From a virus, in the IMG/VR virus record IMGVR_UViG_3300021426_000003, positions 1 to 39,150 of that record: a DNA stretch of 39,150 nucleotides, one strand, 5' to 3'. Below the pieces are notes generated by a model, which made no database searches, was not told where the DNA came from, and saw only the letters and a program-made list of their open reading frames with translations. A program made the position numbers and the translations under genes. This document shows, piece by piece, positions 7,605-16,764 of this stretch (position 1 is the first letter of the stretch; each line of letters begins with the position of its first letter).

Positions 7605-8018
7605 TTATTTACCAACCTTAAAATCATTCTTTTCCAAATGTTCTTGATAATCATTCTTTATATATTCAATTGTCGCTTCAGTCTGATGGTTCTTAAATCT
7701 TGGATGTAAATCACAATAATTAATATAATTTGTTATATCTTGCATAACTTGTGTATAACTGTCAAAACTATGATTCCATCCTTCAATAATCTCATCCATG
7801 AATTTAAGAATACGGACTCGACACGCAACCGCACCTCTTTCACTTAATTCACCGTCAAGCTTATCAATCTTTTCATCTAACTTCTGAATCATATCAAGAA
7901 TCTTTTTCGAACAATCATCTTTATTATCTTTACGTTGTAATAAAAACTGTATAAATCCCCATAAAGCATTTGAGCCTATAACAGCTATAAAAATTGCTAT
8001 AACAGCATCTTTTTCCAT
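7605..8018 (-). CDS. Lysis-cassette membrane protein (single N-terminal TM helix, holin-like)
   Basis: 137 aa, hydrophobic N-terminus (AVIAIFIAVIGSNALWGFIQFLL) then a coiled coil. Lies between the endolysin and the holin. Confidence 0.6.
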   Translation of the reverse strand: MEKDAVIAIFIAVIGSNALWGFIQFLLQRKDNKDDCSKKILDMIQKLDEKIDKLDGELSERGAVACRVRILKFMDEIIEGWNHSFDSYTQVMQDITNYINYCDLHPRFKNHQTEATIEYIKNDYQEHLEKNDFKVGK

Positions 8019-8038
8019 TGGTCTATTCCTCCATTATA

Positions 8039-9754
8039 TTATTTTCTTTTTACATAGGAAGAATAGACATAGCCATACTTCCCGTTATACTTGATTAAAT
8101 ACCAGTCACCATCTTGATGACATACGCCTATCTCTGTTCCTTTACGAAGAGGACTGAAACTACAAGTTTTTGCGGAAGTAGTAGGCTGAAGTCTGACATT
8201 TAATGTGCCACCATTTGTTTTAACAATACCGTTCCATTTAACAGTATGGATATCATCAACTACAGGGTCGGGATTTGATATTTCACTAACCTTTGTTTTA
8301 CCAATATACTGGCTCTGTACATATCCAAACTTTCCATTATATTTAATAAGATACCAATCGCCTTGCTCATAAGACACGCCAACTTCTGTGCCTTGCTTTA
8401 AGCCACTAAAAGAACATTCTTTTGCCTTTGTGTTAGGCTGAAGTCTGACTGCAAGTTTTGTGTTCTTACCAATATTAACATAACCCTTCCATTTAACCGT
8501 ATGCATATCATCTGCAACAACAACCTTATTTGTATCAAATGTGATAGCAGTAGAAGAGTAAGCTGGACGGCAGAACTTCGCATTAACACTACTAAGATTA
8601 TATGTTTTCTGACAAACACCGCCACCATTTGGTACAACGGTAGATGCGCCACTAGTATTACCTTCAATTGTGGTAAATGTGTTGCCATTAACCGCAATAA
8701 CTAATCCTGTGTGAGCATATGCACCATTTTTCCAAAAGATTACAATATCACCAACTTTTGGAGTAGAATATTTTGTAAATAATCCAGCAAGAGTAGGACA
8801 GTAAACATAAGGATAATGTTTAAGCAATTGTTTTGCACGTTCTTTACCAAGCGCAGTTTGAAATACCCAACAAATGAACGCCGCACACCAGTAAGAGCCG
8901 TTCCATTCTGGTTTCACAGCCCAGTATTTAACATAATTTCTATCCCCAGCGTTTGCCGTCTTACTATCAAGCTGACTGTTAGAACGTTTCTCAAGATATC
9001 CAATCTCAGCTTTCGCAACTTCAATAACCTTTTCAAGTTCAGATTTCTCTATAGGCTTTTCTTCTTTTACTGGTTCAGAACTTGTATTTGTCACATGATT
9101 AAAAGAAGTTTCCTTCCCATCAATCATCATGTGGAAGTTGTAATATTGATTAGACATATCAACTACACCACTAATGCCATTAACAAATTCTTTAGATGAA
9201 TATTGCCACATGACAAAATAGCCTGTATACTTTGTCATTGTTACGCCATATTCAGCAACCCAAGTATTCTTAACGGCATCACTTGGAATTTGGCTCATAT
9301 CGATATTGTTATAAAACCAAGACCGTGACGCATAAATTCCGCATGGGATTCCCCATTTTAACAAATCCTCACAGATAATGCGGAGCATTCTTGTTCGCTT
9401 TTCTTTAGACAACTTATCAGAACGTCCACTCTTATCTCTCTGAACAACTTCACTATCAAGAAATACAGGCATCTTAATCCTACTGTTTATTACTTCATTT
9501 TTAATAAATAAAGCTTCCTCATGTGCCTCTGAATCTGTAATAGAACATGGAAAAAAGTAAAAGCTATGTTCAATACCATATTCTTCACAGGCTTTTCTGT
9601 ATTCCTTATACCTTGGATCATAAGTTATAATGCCAGTCTTACTTCCTCTGTAACCGATTCTTATTATTACAGGAATTTTTGTAGCTTTAACTTTTGACCA
9701 ATTCGTTACATTATTAAATTGTGAAATATCTATTACTTTTCTCTTAATAACCAT
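8039..9754 (-). CDS. Endolysin: GH25 muramidase + CHAP + 2x SH3b
   Basis: GH25 motifs (IDISQFN, IIRIGYRG, FLDSE, WVAEY, WQYSS), CHAP motifs (YWCAAF, HTGLV, IEGNT) and two L.VRLQP...GDWYLIKYNGK.GYV repeats. Confidence 0.9.
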   Translation of the reverse strand: MVIKRKVIDISQFNNVTNWSKVKATKIPVIIRIGYRGSKTGIITYDPRYKEYRKACEEYGIEHSFYFFPCSITDSEAHEEALFIKNEVINSRIKMPVFLDSEVVQRDKSGRSDKLSKEKRTRMLRIICEDLLKWGIPCGIYASRSWFYNNIDMSQIPSDAVKNTWVAEYGVTMTKYTGYFVMWQYSSKEFVNGISGVVDMSNQYYNFHMMIDGKETSFNHVTNTSSEPVKEEKPIEKSELEKVIEVAKAEIGYLEKRSNSQLDSKTANAGDRNYVKYWAVKPEWNGSYWCAAFICWVFQTALGKERAKQLLKHYPYVYCPTLAGLFTKYSTPKVGDIVIFWKNGAYAHTGLVIAVNGNTFTTIEGNTSGASTVVPNGGGVCQKTYNLSSVNAKFCRPAYSSTAITFDTNKVVVADDMHTVKWKGYVNIGKNTKLAVRLQPNTKAKECSFSGLKQGTEVGVSYEQGDWYLIKYNGKFGYVQSQYIGKTKVSEISNPDPVVDDIHTVKWNGIVKTNGGTLNVRLQPTTSAKTCSFSPLRKGTEIGVCHQDGDWYLIKYNGKYGYVYSSYVKRK

Positions 9755-9775
9755 AAATCCTCCTTTCTAAATAAT

Positions 9776-9803
9776 TAAAGGACTCTAGTTTCCCAGAGTC
9801 CTC
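9776..9803 (-). terminator. Hairpin / weak terminator between the MBL gene and the endolysin
   Basis: AGGACTCT-8 nt-AGAGTCCT stem, then TTAATTATT on the minus strand. Confidence 0.5.
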
Positions 9804-9811
9804 GTCATCGG

Positions 9812-11023
9812 TTACCACTTCTTAGATTTAGCATTTAACAGAGAATTAATTTCATCTTGAATAAGCTGACCATATCCTCTGCCAAACTTCTTATCAAGAT
9901 TTCTAATTCTCTCTTCATTTTGACCAAAATTTAATTTACCGCTTATAATCTGTTTCGCCACGTTCACCATAAGTGTTACTCGCTTCTGAACGACAGTAGG
10001 ATTATATCCAATATCAAGAAGCTTTGTTACCCTTGTTTCACTAGTACCATACTTATTCATAAATACATTGCGTACAATATTAACAAGACCTGTTGTCTTC
10101 AGTGTATTCACTCCTTTATAAGGTACAGAATATGTATATTCTTTACCGCCTTTATAGATTGTAAATTTACCATTCGCAACTGTGAAGTTAATATCGCCGA
10201 TACACTCAAATACCTTAATACCAGCTTGTCTACAACGATTTGCGCCAAACTCTGTAAAGTCGGTTGTTCCAACTCCATTAGGTTCAAGTTGATTATACCA
10301 ACAATAATCAGCACCTTGATTCTTCAAACCGTTCGCTTGAGAACGAGGGCAGTTGTTGCCGTGGTGTGGAATCTTAAAACATTTAACCTTAACACGGAAT
10401 TTTCCCTTACTATTAGCATTTTCTTTTGCGTCCATCTCCTTAATAAAATCCCAGACTCTCTCAGAACCATCGCCACTCGTCCAATAATACCATTCGTAAA
10501 AATAACAACACAGGCTTCCATCATTGACATAAGACCAACCATTATCATCGTCATCTTCAACACGACTTGGTTGCTTCCTATAAACCTTGAATTTAATATC
10601 CCCAAGTTCGACTTTATCACCATGTTTTAAAAACTTTACAGGAATCTTTTTGTTCTTGGCTTCAGATATAATTCTGTTAAGATATTCAATATCTTCACGG
10701 ACAGCTTTACTGCCTTTGTTATTCCTAAGTCCGCCCTCAAGTGTTTTAGGGTCATAACAATAAAAAGCTAATACTGTAAAATAATCATCTCTAATAATTT
10801 TCTTAAGACCATCCGCATGGTCGTAATGAGGATGGGAGAGCAGAAGATATACTTTCTTAATCCCATTTCTCTTTAAATAGTTAATGAGGGCTGTGGCACA
10901 TTCGTCACAACCCCCATCAATAATAAAACATATTTTATTTTTATCATCTATGAACACGGTTGAATCACCATGTCGTGTTTCTCTACTGGGTCTGTTGAAC
11001 CCAGCTATCCAACCTCTAATCAT
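9812..11023 (-). CDS. MBL-fold metallo-hydrolase (ComEC/Pce-like) with C-terminal Cpl-7 (CW_7)-like repeats
   Basis: Motifs GDST, IIDGG, SHPHYDHADG (HxHxDH), NDGSL, SGD and KIPHHG. C-terminal IVRNVFMNKYGTSETRVTKLLDIGYNPTVVQKRV plus a second similar unit. Confidence 0.8.
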   Translation of the reverse strand: MIRGWIAGFNRPSRETRHGDSTVFIDDKNKICFIIDGGCDECATALINYLKRNGIKKVYLLLSHPHYDHADGLKKIIRDDYFTVLAFYCYDPKTLEGGLRNNKGSKAVREDIEYLNRIISEAKNKKIPVKFLKHGDKVELGDIKFKVYRKQPSRVEDDDDNGWSYVNDGSLCCYFYEWYYWTSGDGSERVWDFIKEMDAKENANSKGKFRVKVKCFKIPHHGNNCPRSQANGLKNQGADYCWYNQLEPNGVGTTDFTEFGANRCRQAGIKVFECIGDINFTVANGKFTIYKGGKEYTYSVPYKGVNTLKTTGLVNIVRNVFMNKYGTSETRVTKLLDIGYNPTVVQKRVTLMVNVAKQIISGKLNFGQNEERIRNLDKKFGRGYGQLIQDEINSLLNAKSKKW

Positions 11024-11045
11024 ATATAGTCACCCCTTTAACATA

Positions 11046-11576
11046 TTAACTCATTGTTATTGTTTTCCATGACCCCCATACATTATTAGTGTTTCGACTT
11101 CTTACCCACATCGTAGGTGACGTACCATTCATGGGAACGGCAATTTGATAGCAACTAAAATTACTAACCCCATTACCATTTAAAAAGAGACTTCTTACTA
11201 TTATCCAACCGCTATTGGGTTTATTTTTATTCGTTGAATCACTATTAAGATAATAAATAAGATTTGGATTAACAGCATCATTACAATCTGTAACCTTTGT
11301 TAAAGTAGAACTGACAATCGGTGTATATGTAAAATCACCATTTGTAATAGATACTTTATATAAATTTGCATATGCGGTATTTGGGATATATAATCCACAT
11401 CCTGTATCATGAGTTGGTCTATTTAAAAGAAAAGTACCACCAGTTGCTTCTGGTTTATCAGTTACAGCATTTACCATATAATAAACACCACTTTCACCCA
11501 TTGTTTGCATACTGCCAGTATTAACAACACGAAATCTATTTATTATTTTTGTTAATAATTTTTTTAAATTTAACAT
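11046..11576 (-). CDS. Small tail-fibre-associated protein (knob-like)
   Basis: 176 aa directly after the large fibre gene; ends in YQIAVP....MWVRSR....WGSWK, a pattern typical of fibre knob modules. Confidence 0.55.
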   Translation of the reverse strand: MLNLKKLLTKIINRFRVVNTGSMQTMGESGVYYMVNAVTDKPEATGGTFLLNRPTHDTGCGLYIPNTAYANLYKVSITNGDFTYTPIVSSTLTKVTDCNDAVNPNLIYYLNSDSTNKNKPNSGWIIVRSLFLNGNGVSNFSCYQIAVPMNGTSPTMWVRSRNTNNVWGSWKTITMS

Positions 11577-11590
11577 ATTATATTCTCCTT

Positions 11591-14500
11591 TTAATCATCA
11601 TATACATCATCGTCCCAGCCAGCATTTATTATTGCCGTTGCCAATTCAGCATCGACATCTAATCCTGCAACATTTACACCAAAACATATATTTCCACTCC
11701 AGTCTATAGTTAATGCATTTGAACGATGTTCTTCAGCTTCTCCATTTCCTACAATAAAAGCATATTTTGATTCTGTTTGTAATTCTTGCTCATTAAATCT
11801 ACCTATTACAAATTCCCCATCCTTTTCTGCATATAACCCTTGTCCAAATATAGAAGACAACATACCGTCTTCACCAGTTCTTGTACCAAATGTCATAGCT
11901 GGCGCTTTAGTATATGCCGTGCTTGATATGACAGAAGTATATGAATATCTAGAAGCAAAAGTATCAAAAGATGCTTTTTTTTCATTATTTCCTGATGTTC
12001 TTGTACAAGACCCTTTCAAAACTGATAAATCAAGCGTTCTTTCGCCATTATATGTTAATGTAAAATTGCATGTTAAATTATAAGAATCATTATAATCATT
12101 TATAAAATTAGCTGTTATTTCATAAGTGGTTGTTTTAGAAACACCATAATTACAGGAAAAAGCAGGAGACTCAGGAATGACAATAGAATGTGTACTATCT
12201 GGTGTAGAAATGTAACCACTGCCATCATAATAACTAATACGAGTTGCATCTGCATTAACAGAATTAACCTTTACATTATTTAAAATAGACGAAGAATTGT
12301 TTATCCCAATTATCACACTAATATTTCTTATATAAAATGTATTCTCAGAAACTGAATCTCCAGCATCTAATGTTATTGTAGAACCAGATATATATGCACC
12401 AACTTCCCCAGCAGGTGCGGCTTCTGCTTCAGTTTCAAATGTTTTATTAGTAGAAACAATAGAAAAAACAGGCGCACCATTTTCGTTGATTGCGCTTACA
12501 GAATCTTTTTCAATTACAAATCTCTGTTCATTATTCGCCCCAATAATTGCACCACCTGTACCAAATGTAGCCAACTCTTTCTTATATACAGGGTCGTAGA
12601 ACTTAGTATTATCACCAGTAAAACTAGCAAGTGTTAAAGTACCATTTCTTATATCAACAGAATCGTTATCAATAAATACGTTTCTACCAGTTGCTTCACT
12701 AGGCTTTTGTTCGCCATCATTCATATCAGCAACCATAATACCAGTGCTATCCATTGATAAATAATTGGTGGCTACTTTTTTTGCGTCTTCAATTTCTTCT
12801 ACATAATCTTCTGGAGCAGGTGTCCAAGACGTAGCTTTATTACCTTTTTCTAGTTTAAGGTTTTTTGCTTCGATATAATCTCCTACAGCATAATGAGCGG
12901 CATTGGTATTATTTGCTCTAATTGCTAAATAAAGACGTACTGCGGTTTCTGGAACAGTAAATGTATATACTAATTTGCCAGACATATTAGTACCTTTATC
13001 CGCTTGCGTTATAGGAAATTGTTCATTATGCGGAACAACACCCCATGAACCACTTTGATTCGGCGACCATGCCAAAAAAGCACCCATATAATATGTTGTA
13101 GTATTTGCTTTACCAGTATCCGAAGATAAAATTTTCCAAGATAAATCAGCAGATAATGTATAAGTTTCTCCAGCTTCCAACCCTAACATACATGGTGTTG
13201 CTGTATTACTAGATGCGCCAAAGTAAATATATTGCCAATTAGCAGAAGTATTTGTAAATTTAACTCCATGTTCAGCAACAGAATAAGTACCTCTACCAGT
13301 TGTGTTTGAAATCTGCCCAAATATATGCGGTCTATAAATTCCAGAACCAGAAGCTTTAGGATATAAAGTTCCTATAATAAGATTCCTTCCACCAACTTCA
13401 ATATTATCAATAGCAGTTTTATAATCGGTAACTTTAACCCATTTACTTCCATCCCATCTATATGAACTACCATCAGTACCATCTACAAGATAATCTCCAG
13501 TTTCTACATTCTCATAAGTTCCAGATGTTGTACCATAATATACAGTTGTCTTTCCATCTAATTTATCAAACAACTCAGACGTAGCTGAATATTCAATCCA
13601 TGTATTTGTTGCTGAATCATATCTATATGTTCTATCTTTTTTATAGTCTGTATATACATCTGTTTCTGTACAATACCATAAGTCACCATCATGTTTTGCC
13701 CTATCAGTTGTGCTCGACCAAGATGGAGCAGTAGCTTGATAATAAGTTTGAATCTTTTCATCAATTTGCGCTTGAAGGTCTGTACGAAGATTTGAAACTT
13801 CTTCTTCAATATCCTCTGGAGCAGGTGTCCAATCTGTTGCGGATGTGCCTAAAGACAATTGAGGCTCTTTAACTTGGAAACTGTTGTGATATGATTTTTG
13901 AGCATATAAATTTAATCTAAACCAACAATTATTAAAATTAACTTCGCCAGCACTGCCATTTGAAGTAAATAAATAATCAGCTAAAATTTCAGATAAACAA
14001 ACTGTTTGCCAATTTCCATTGCCAGTGAAATATATATATTGTTGCGTATATTTTGAAAGAATGGTGTTTGTTTCAGAATTTGTCACACCAAATTCTACGT
14101 CAATACAACACATATCACCATCACTAGCCTTAACTTTCATAGATATTATACAGGGCTTGTTTCTTATTAAATTATAATTTATATTCTTTGACGAAGATTT
14201 TAATCCTCTAAATACATCAGACGTAGCAATTGGGAATGTGGCAACTCCATTGGAGATAGTCGTACCATTTGTTACAGTCCATTCAGTAAGATGTTCAGTT
14301 TCACGCAGAAAATTTCTTGCAGTTCCAGTATTAACATTAACACGTTCCATTTTGAATCCGCACATATCAAGAGAAGAACCAGCAACGTTATTATTAAAAA
14401 AATAAAAATATAATCTTTTATATGAGGTGTCTTGAGTAGACACGTTTGGGTCTGTATCTCCAAAAGTATGTACTACTTCCACCCATTGCCATTCAGTATT

Positions 14501-16744
14501 CTCAACATTATATTTAACAAGCCATGATGAGCCCATACTACCCAAATTTATGCTCAGTTTAGGTTCACCAGCATGTTTTCTTACCCAACATCCAATTCTA
14601 TATGTATGTCCGTTTATAAAAGGTGGAGTTCCATTGTCATAAAAACATAAACCTCGTCCTTTTGTAGACGCAGAACTATCTGTAATTCTATAGAAATGTG
14701 TTGCATTAGGGTCTGGTAAATTGGCTTCCGCAATAAACTGTCCAGTAATAGTAGTATTACTTGCGTTAGATAAATATCTATCCCAAGGTGCGTCAACTTT
14801 TGTTAAAGATGAAGCATAAACATCCATTAATAAATTTTCACTAGTACCTGTGCTACCTTTAAGCGCAAGTGCATAAGTAAATTTTTTTGTAAAAGCTTTA
14901 CCATCCACAGTAATAGGAATATTTAATACTCCATTTTTAGTAATCATAGATGTAGTGACATTTACTTTAAATGCCGCATTAACTGTACCGTTATTTAACA
15001 AACTTGTAGTCATGCCAGTTGGTTGACCAGTAATCGTACCAATGGTAGCCGCAATCTGCGTTGTCCCCTTATAGGCAATAACATTACATTCAATTTCACT
15101 GGCAATAGCAGAAGTTGTATTTCCAGCAAATGTATGATTCTCATTTGTTAATATAATTGAATATGCATCTTTACCGTCAGCACCGTCTTCTACAAGCTTG
15201 ATTGGGTCTGACCAATTACTCCCAGCAATAGTAGCAGTTGTTCCATTACCAATTGCAGTCGCAGATACAACCCAACAAGGACTACCATTAATTGTTGGTA
15301 TGTTTCTAGTCCAGCTATTTGGTTCTGCACTAAGCTTACCAGTAGAAAATGTATAAGTGACAGAGGTTGTAGGTTTTGTTACACTTGTCCCACGCTTATA
15401 TAAAAATATAGTTGCTTGATTAAGTCCATTTGTTCCATTCGTACCATTAGTACCATTTGTTCCGTTAGTCCCATTGAACTGAATAGGTGTTGACCATTCT
15501 CCAGTACCAATTGTATCTGTTGTACCATTTGAACTTGCAACAGCCGCAGTAACATAACACTGCCCACTACCAGTCGTTGGTATTTCCTGTGTCCAACTAT
15601 CTAATGTACCAGTAAGTTTCTTTGTACTAAATGTATATGTCGTATTTCCACTTGGAACAGATGGAGCAGTAGTGCCTTTTTTATACAAATATACTGTAGC
15701 CGTATTTATACCATTCGTACCATTTGTACCATTTTTAGAAACTGTATATGAAACTGCCGTAGCACTATCTGAATATGTAACAGTAACTCTTGTCCACATA
15801 TATTGACCAGCCGTAGCAGTTTTAGGTGTTGTATCCCATCCGCTTGTCGGTGGAGTAGTACCATTAGTAGATTGAGCATATTCCGTCACTGTTGAAGATA
15901 CGGTCGGACTTGTACCATCCTTACCATTTGTTCCATCTTTACCATCTTTACCGTTTGTTCCATTAGTACCATTTACTGCATTTCTTGAAACACTATAAGC
16001 CTCTGTAGAACTTCCATCACTATAATTAACAATAGTTCTTGTCCAAAGATACTCACCCTGTCCTACAGATACAGATTGAACATCTGTTTCCCAAGTTCCA
16101 GTAGGTTTAACAGTACCACTTGTTCCCTTTTGATAAGTAACAGATGTTGATGTAATTGTAATATTTGTACCATCAATACCATCGCTCACAACAGGAACAG
16201 TCTGTTGGTCAAGGAGAGTGGTAGTACCACCTTTAAGATATAAACTACATCTAATTGCTACAGTGTCACTTGGGATTGTATAAGTCTTAGTAGCCGCATC
16301 TTCATTAATCCTTGATGTCCAAGTTGAATTATTTGTTGTTGTTTCAATTTTAATTCTCCCAGTATAGTTTGCCATCGCATTACTACCAGTCTGCGATTTA
16401 GCGGTAACAGTGATTGTACTGGGAGATAGATTTCCATTTTTATCTTTAACAATAGCCAAGTTTGATACAATAAGAGCATATGTTACAGAAGCCGCACCAG
16501 TCGCACCTCTTATACTTGTCCTATTACCAGTTAATACAGTTGTGCCATCACTTGATATTGATAACACGGTATATCTATAATAACTATTTAAAATAATATC
16601 TCCCTCTCTGATAGGAACATCAGAATCACCTGTCAGATGGGAGACATCGAAAGTATAATTTGGAGTAGTAGGAGCGGCAGAAGATGTCCATATTTGTGAC
16701 CCTTCTTGCACCTCAGTTATTGTATATGTGCTATATGTTACCAT
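11591..16744 (-). CDS. Large tail fibre / host-specificity protein with collagen-like linkers and carbohydrate-binding-like modules
   Basis: 1717 aa with (GTN)n/(GKD)n triplets, two YxWTR..V.YSD modules, two AT..LYK.GT...YTFST.KL modules, and NLL/RNFL/RNLI-started domains, two of which end in G..AT.WTPAPED. Confidence 0.8.
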   Translation of the reverse strand: MVTYSTYTITEVQEGSQIWTSSAAPTTPNYTFDVSHLTGDSDVPIREGDIILNSYYRYTVLSISSDGTTVLTGNRTSIRGATGAASVTYALIVSNLAIVKDKNGNLSPSTITVTAKSQTGSNAMANYTGRIKIETTTNNSTWTSRINEDAATKTYTIPSDTVAIRCSLYLKGGTTTLLDQQTVPVVSDGIDGTNITITSTSVTYQKGTSGTVKPTGTWETDVQSVSVGQGEYLWTRTIVNYSDGSSTEAYSVSRNAVNGTNGTNGKDGKDGTNGKDGTSPTVSSTVTEYAQSTNGTTPPTSGWDTTPKTATAGQYMWTRVTVTYSDSATAVSYTVSKNGTNGTNGINTATVYLYKKGTTAPSVPSGNTTYTFSTKKLTGTLDSWTQEIPTTGSGQCYVTAAVASSNGTTDTIGTGEWSTPIQFNGTNGTNGTNGTNGTNGLNQATIFLYKRGTSVTKPTTSVTYTFSTGKLSAEPNSWTRNIPTINGSPCWVVSATAIGNGTTATIAGSNWSDPIKLVEDGADGKDAYSIILTNENHTFAGNTTSAIASEIECNVIAYKGTTQIAATIGTITGQPTGMTTSLLNNGTVNAAFKVNVTTSMITKNGVLNIPITVDGKAFTKKFTYALALKGSTGTSENLLMDVYASSLTKVDAPWDRYLSNASNTTITGQFIAEANLPDPNATHFYRITDSSASTKGRGLCFYDNGTPPFINGHTYRIGCWVRKHAGEPKLSINLGSMGSSWLVKYNVENTEWQWVEVVHTFGDTDPNVSTQDTSYKRLYFYFFNNNVAGSSLDMCGFKMERVNVNTGTARNFLRETEHLTEWTVTNGTTISNGVATFPIATSDVFRGLKSSSKNINYNLIRNKPCIISMKVKASDGDMCCIDVEFGVTNSETNTILSKYTQQYIYFTGNGNWQTVCLSEILADYLFTSNGSAGEVNFNNCWFRLNLYAQKSYHNSFQVKEPQLSLGTSATDWTPAPEDIEEEVSNLRTDLQAQIDEKIQTYYQATAPSWSSTTDRAKHDGDLWYCTETDVYTDYKKDRTYRYDSATNTWIEYSATSELFDKLDGKTTVYYGTTSGTYENVETGDYLVDGTDGSSYRWDGSKWVKVTDYKTAIDNIEVGGRNLIIGTLYPKASGSGIYRPHIFGQISNTTGRGTYSVAEHGVKFTNTSANWQYIYFGASSNTATPCMLGLEAGETYTLSADLSWKILSSDTGKANTTTYYMGAFLAWSPNQSGSWGVVPHNEQFPITQADKGTNMSGKLVYTFTVPETAVRLYLAIRANNTNAAHYAVGDYIEAKNLKLEKGNKATSWTPAPEDYVEEIEDAKKVATNYLSMDSTGIMVADMNDGEQKPSEATGRNVFIDNDSVDIRNGTLTLASFTGDNTKFYDPVYKKELATFGTGGAIIGANNEQRFVIEKDSVSAINENGAPVFSIVSTNKTFETEAEAAPAGEVGAYISGSTITLDAGDSVSENTFYIRNISVIIGINNSSSILNNVKVNSVNADATRISYYDGSGYISTPDSTHSIVIPESPAFSCNYGVSKTTTYEITANFINDYNDSYNLTCNFTLTYNGERTLDLSVLKGSCTRTSGNNEKKASFDTFASRYSYTSVISSTAYTKAPAMTFGTRTGEDGMLSSIFGQGLYAEKDGEFVIGRFNEQELQTESKYAFIVGNGEAEEHRSNALTIDWSGNICFGVNVAGLDVDAELATAIINAGWDDDVYDD

Positions 16745-16764
16745 TCTATATCCTTTCTATTCCT

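Noticed and set aside
9812-11023. Beta-lactamase resistance gene or competence ComEC
   Set aside because: Motifs match the ComEC/Pce-like hydrolase branch; there is no membrane competence domain or signal peptide, and the context is a lysis cassette.
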